Positions 61,121 through 64,000 of a stretch of DNA of 64,000 nt are shown piece after piece. Position numbers and translations under genes: made by a program. The stretch lies in the NCBI GenBank assembly GCA_965649765.1, contig OZ287753.1, forward strand, positions 57,846,001-57,910,000. Direction: 5' to 3'. Origin of the DNA: Bispira polyomma (taxonomy: Eukaryota). The notes beneath the pieces are model-generated. The model did not search any database. It was not told where the DNA came from and saw nothing but the letters and a program-made list of their open reading frames with translations. The number at the start of each line of letters is the position of its first letter. Positions within the stretch are counted from its first letter, which is position 1.

Positions 61121-64000
61121 TTTCACCTGACTTTGGTCATGGCATGTACATATTCCAATATACATATTCCAATGTCTAACAGATCAAATAACAAGTTTCA
61201 AAGTATAGAAAATGTACAGCCCACTAGTAAACCATCAAGTGTACAAAGGTACCAGAACCTTCTTTATCAGCAAAATCTTACCTAGTTTTTATTGTTGTTT
61301 TTTATTTGTTCAACAGAATCAGAGATTTAGTTTATACTGTGTGTTTTTATTAAATCTAGCAAAATGCCAGTTATACTAATACATTTATACAATACAAGTT
61401 ATATTCTACACATGATCATAATTCTACGCCTCGGCATGTAAATTGCTTTGCAGAAACAACACCTTTAAGTTAAGCAGTTTTAAGCAAATATGCAATCTAT
61501 GTTGTTGTTGGGAACTCAATATATGCTGCAGCATTCTTTCTTGTATATTTTCACAGGGGGCCGCGGTGGCCTAGTGGTTAGCAAGCATTGCGCTTTACAA
61601 TCACTGGTCTCTCACCTCTGGGCGGCGTGAGTTCGAATCGCGCCAATGCCTATGTGGGAAAGGTGGTAGTTCCTTACTGTGGGCCGCTGGTTTCTCTGCA
61701 GAACCTTGACCGACTGTATGCAGTGTTTCCTCCAGCGTTTCCAACTACCCGTCCCAATATAACCTACTAAAAGGTACTAGAGTGGACGTTAAATATCCAA
61801 AATTCAAATTCAAATTCTTGTATATTTTCACGCAGACCAGAGAACTACTGAAACACTAACCTCTAAATATCAACACCGACTGATGATGTATACCTTACAA
61901 CTTATGTAACTACTTGTGATAAATAAACAAAAAACCTCTCAGTTGCATCACTTGGAATTGGTTTTTGTTTACCTTTCCCTATTGCTTTTATCTTAGGTTC
62001 CCCTAAGCTTGCTTGTTTGCTTGCTTTTTGTAACATTATCCTTTGTCAGACTCAAGTTCATATTTCAATGATACAACAATCATGATATGTTGTTATATTG
62101 AAGCACCTCACTTTCTATGACATCTGCTAACGATATTAGGTTGGAGAAAAGCTTATCCTAACTAGGATATGTCTAGCCTTGCTTAAAACATATGTTGGTC
62201 AGAAAGTCTCATTCTTTTTGGAAATAAATGTGAATAAGTATTTTCCTATCTTGACCATAAAGGAAACAAACTGTTACTCATTTGACTATATTATCTGACT
62301 TAAATGAATACATATTACAAATTAGTTCCAAAATTAAATGAGCTTTGCTGAAAAACATGGAGCTTCAGGCAAAGCTTGGGTATGTTATAAATTATAAATA
62401 AATTAATCATACCTTACAGTGTAATATTATTTATTACTATTTGTACTGTAACCAGCAAGTACCTGGCAAACTTTCTCACATGAGGAAAGGGGTGGGAGTT
62501 GAACCCACTGTCCTCAGAGGTGAGATGCTAGTGATGTTAAATAATATGCTTACAACATACTAGGCCACTGCAGGTTGCATCCCCCTTAGAGCTTGCTGAG
62601 TATTTCATTTACACCATACACTTAATGCCAGGAACTGTGAAACTAAACCACCATTCTTACAATGGTTTAAGAATTCTCTGTGTTAGTGATAATACCACTG
62701 AGTTTTTTATTGTATTGTTCTTACCCCACTTCTTTTGCAAAGAAGACTGTCTGAGATGTAATCTTGCATCATAATCCCCATTACACCTACTACTACTATC
62801 ACTCTGGAAAGGTTCTTTTTTATATAGAATCTATACTATCTACAGTTATTTATGTTGTGCATAACCTTTACCATAAATTGGTTGAAAAAAACTAACTGAA
62901 TCATGCTGAAAATCTATGTTGTAAACCAAAAGCACCTTAAAAAACTATGCCTTACTTATATAATGCAGTAGATGTATATATAGTTACTTATCCTTGTTTA
63001 ATGCTCCAGTTTTAGTACGTTATCTAAATGTACATCTGAATAACATATAAAACCCTAATAACTCTACTGCCCTTGACCACAACAGCTATGTCTATGCTGC
63101 CAAGGCTTGGATTTATCTTCAGATAGTTGTATGAGCAGGTTATGCTTTTAAAATGTATACATATTTGAGGCTTTGTAAATTTAGTGAGTCGGTCTCACAA
63201 ACTTGGGCCTTAGACAGGGCTAAGAGTGAGTATAATAAAGAACATGCCTGACACAACACTATACTATAAGAAATATATCTAGCTGTCAGAAAGCTTTAAA
63301 GCTCTTAGGTCTATTCACCTATTCTTGCCCAAGGCTTAATAATTGTCTACAGAAAACCTAACTTTAGGTGTAATTTTTTATTAAACCAATATGTTACTAA
63401 GGCACTACTAAAAACGGGGGTGTCAGGTTTGCTAAGTTAAGAGTATGGTAAACTATTTGGCCATCTGGGAACAAATTTAATGGGCGTATTTAAAATATAA
63501 AACGCACATTTTAGCACACAGAAAACAAATGCTTTAAAAAGCCTACAGGACTGCAAAAAACACACAAAAAACACAGTTGGTATTTAAAAGCCAGTGTAAG
63601 ACTTGCCTTGGCTGTACTGGATTTTATGTTACATCAACCCCACTCTACTCTGAAAACCTCCAGACAAGAAAGTGTCACATTAGTGGTAAGTGGATAATGG
63701 CACTTGCCATTAATTCAAGTAGATACTTCACACCACTAATTGTATCTCCTATGGTTTTGCAGGAGATGACCATATGGTTGTACGTACTTCAGTTAAGGAA
63801 ACACTTTGGTAGTTAAATGACCTAAATATGTGCAGCTACAACAAAGTAAAAAATATAAAGCTTCTTACAAACTACCACCATTGTGTGAGAGATATCAGGG
63901 GTTGAGTCACTACACGAGATGTGGTATTGGAATTCTTTGACCTTTATCAACCATATTAAAATCACTTTCCGCCCAGATAGCCAACTCTTGATAACCTCTT
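61121..64000 (+). repeat. Tandem segmental duplication 3, copy 2 (runs off window end)
   Basis: See copy 1. Lacks ~55788-56090, carries SINE 61556-61814 and has extra sequence at ~62548-62700. Confidence 0.9.
61556..61814 (+). mobile_element. Full-length young SINE family 1
   Basis: Perfect 17-bp TSD TTCTTGTATATTTTCAC (61538-61554, 61815-61831); empty site in the paralog at ~56407-56425. Confidence 0.95.

Noticed and set aside
55690-64000. Duplications as haplotig or assembly artefacts
   Set aside because: Copies differ by many substitutions, indels and private TE insertions. An artefact is very unlikely for duplications 1 and 2. It is not fully excluded for duplication 3 in a highly heterozygous genome without spanning reads.

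Overview
AT-rich animal genomic DNA, probably an invertebrate such as a mollusc, inferred from its repeat families; it is not prokaryotic. The only convincing protein-coding gene is a minus-strand GPRIN/GRIN-like gene with a single coding exon (CDS 30159-31781, 540 aa). It carries a GRIN C-terminal motif, is preceded by a splice acceptor and a 14-codon uORF, and has a fold-back MITE just after its stop codon. More than half of the window is three separate, apparently non-coding tandem segmental duplications of different ages. These are ~4.85-14.1 kb / 14.45-21.3 kb; ~36.7-43.3 / 43.3-51.3 kb, which contains an inverted 2-kb third-copy fragment; and ~55.7-61.1 / 61.1->64 kb. Comparing paralogous copies reveals filled and empty sites for several mobile elements. 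The repeats include two solo LTRs of one family in opposite orientation, L2/CR1-type LINE relics (one with a degenerate 2A-like motif), two tRNA-derived SINE families, several MITEs and Helentron-type non-autonomous elements. All identity levels are visual impressions; no alignments or database searches were run.
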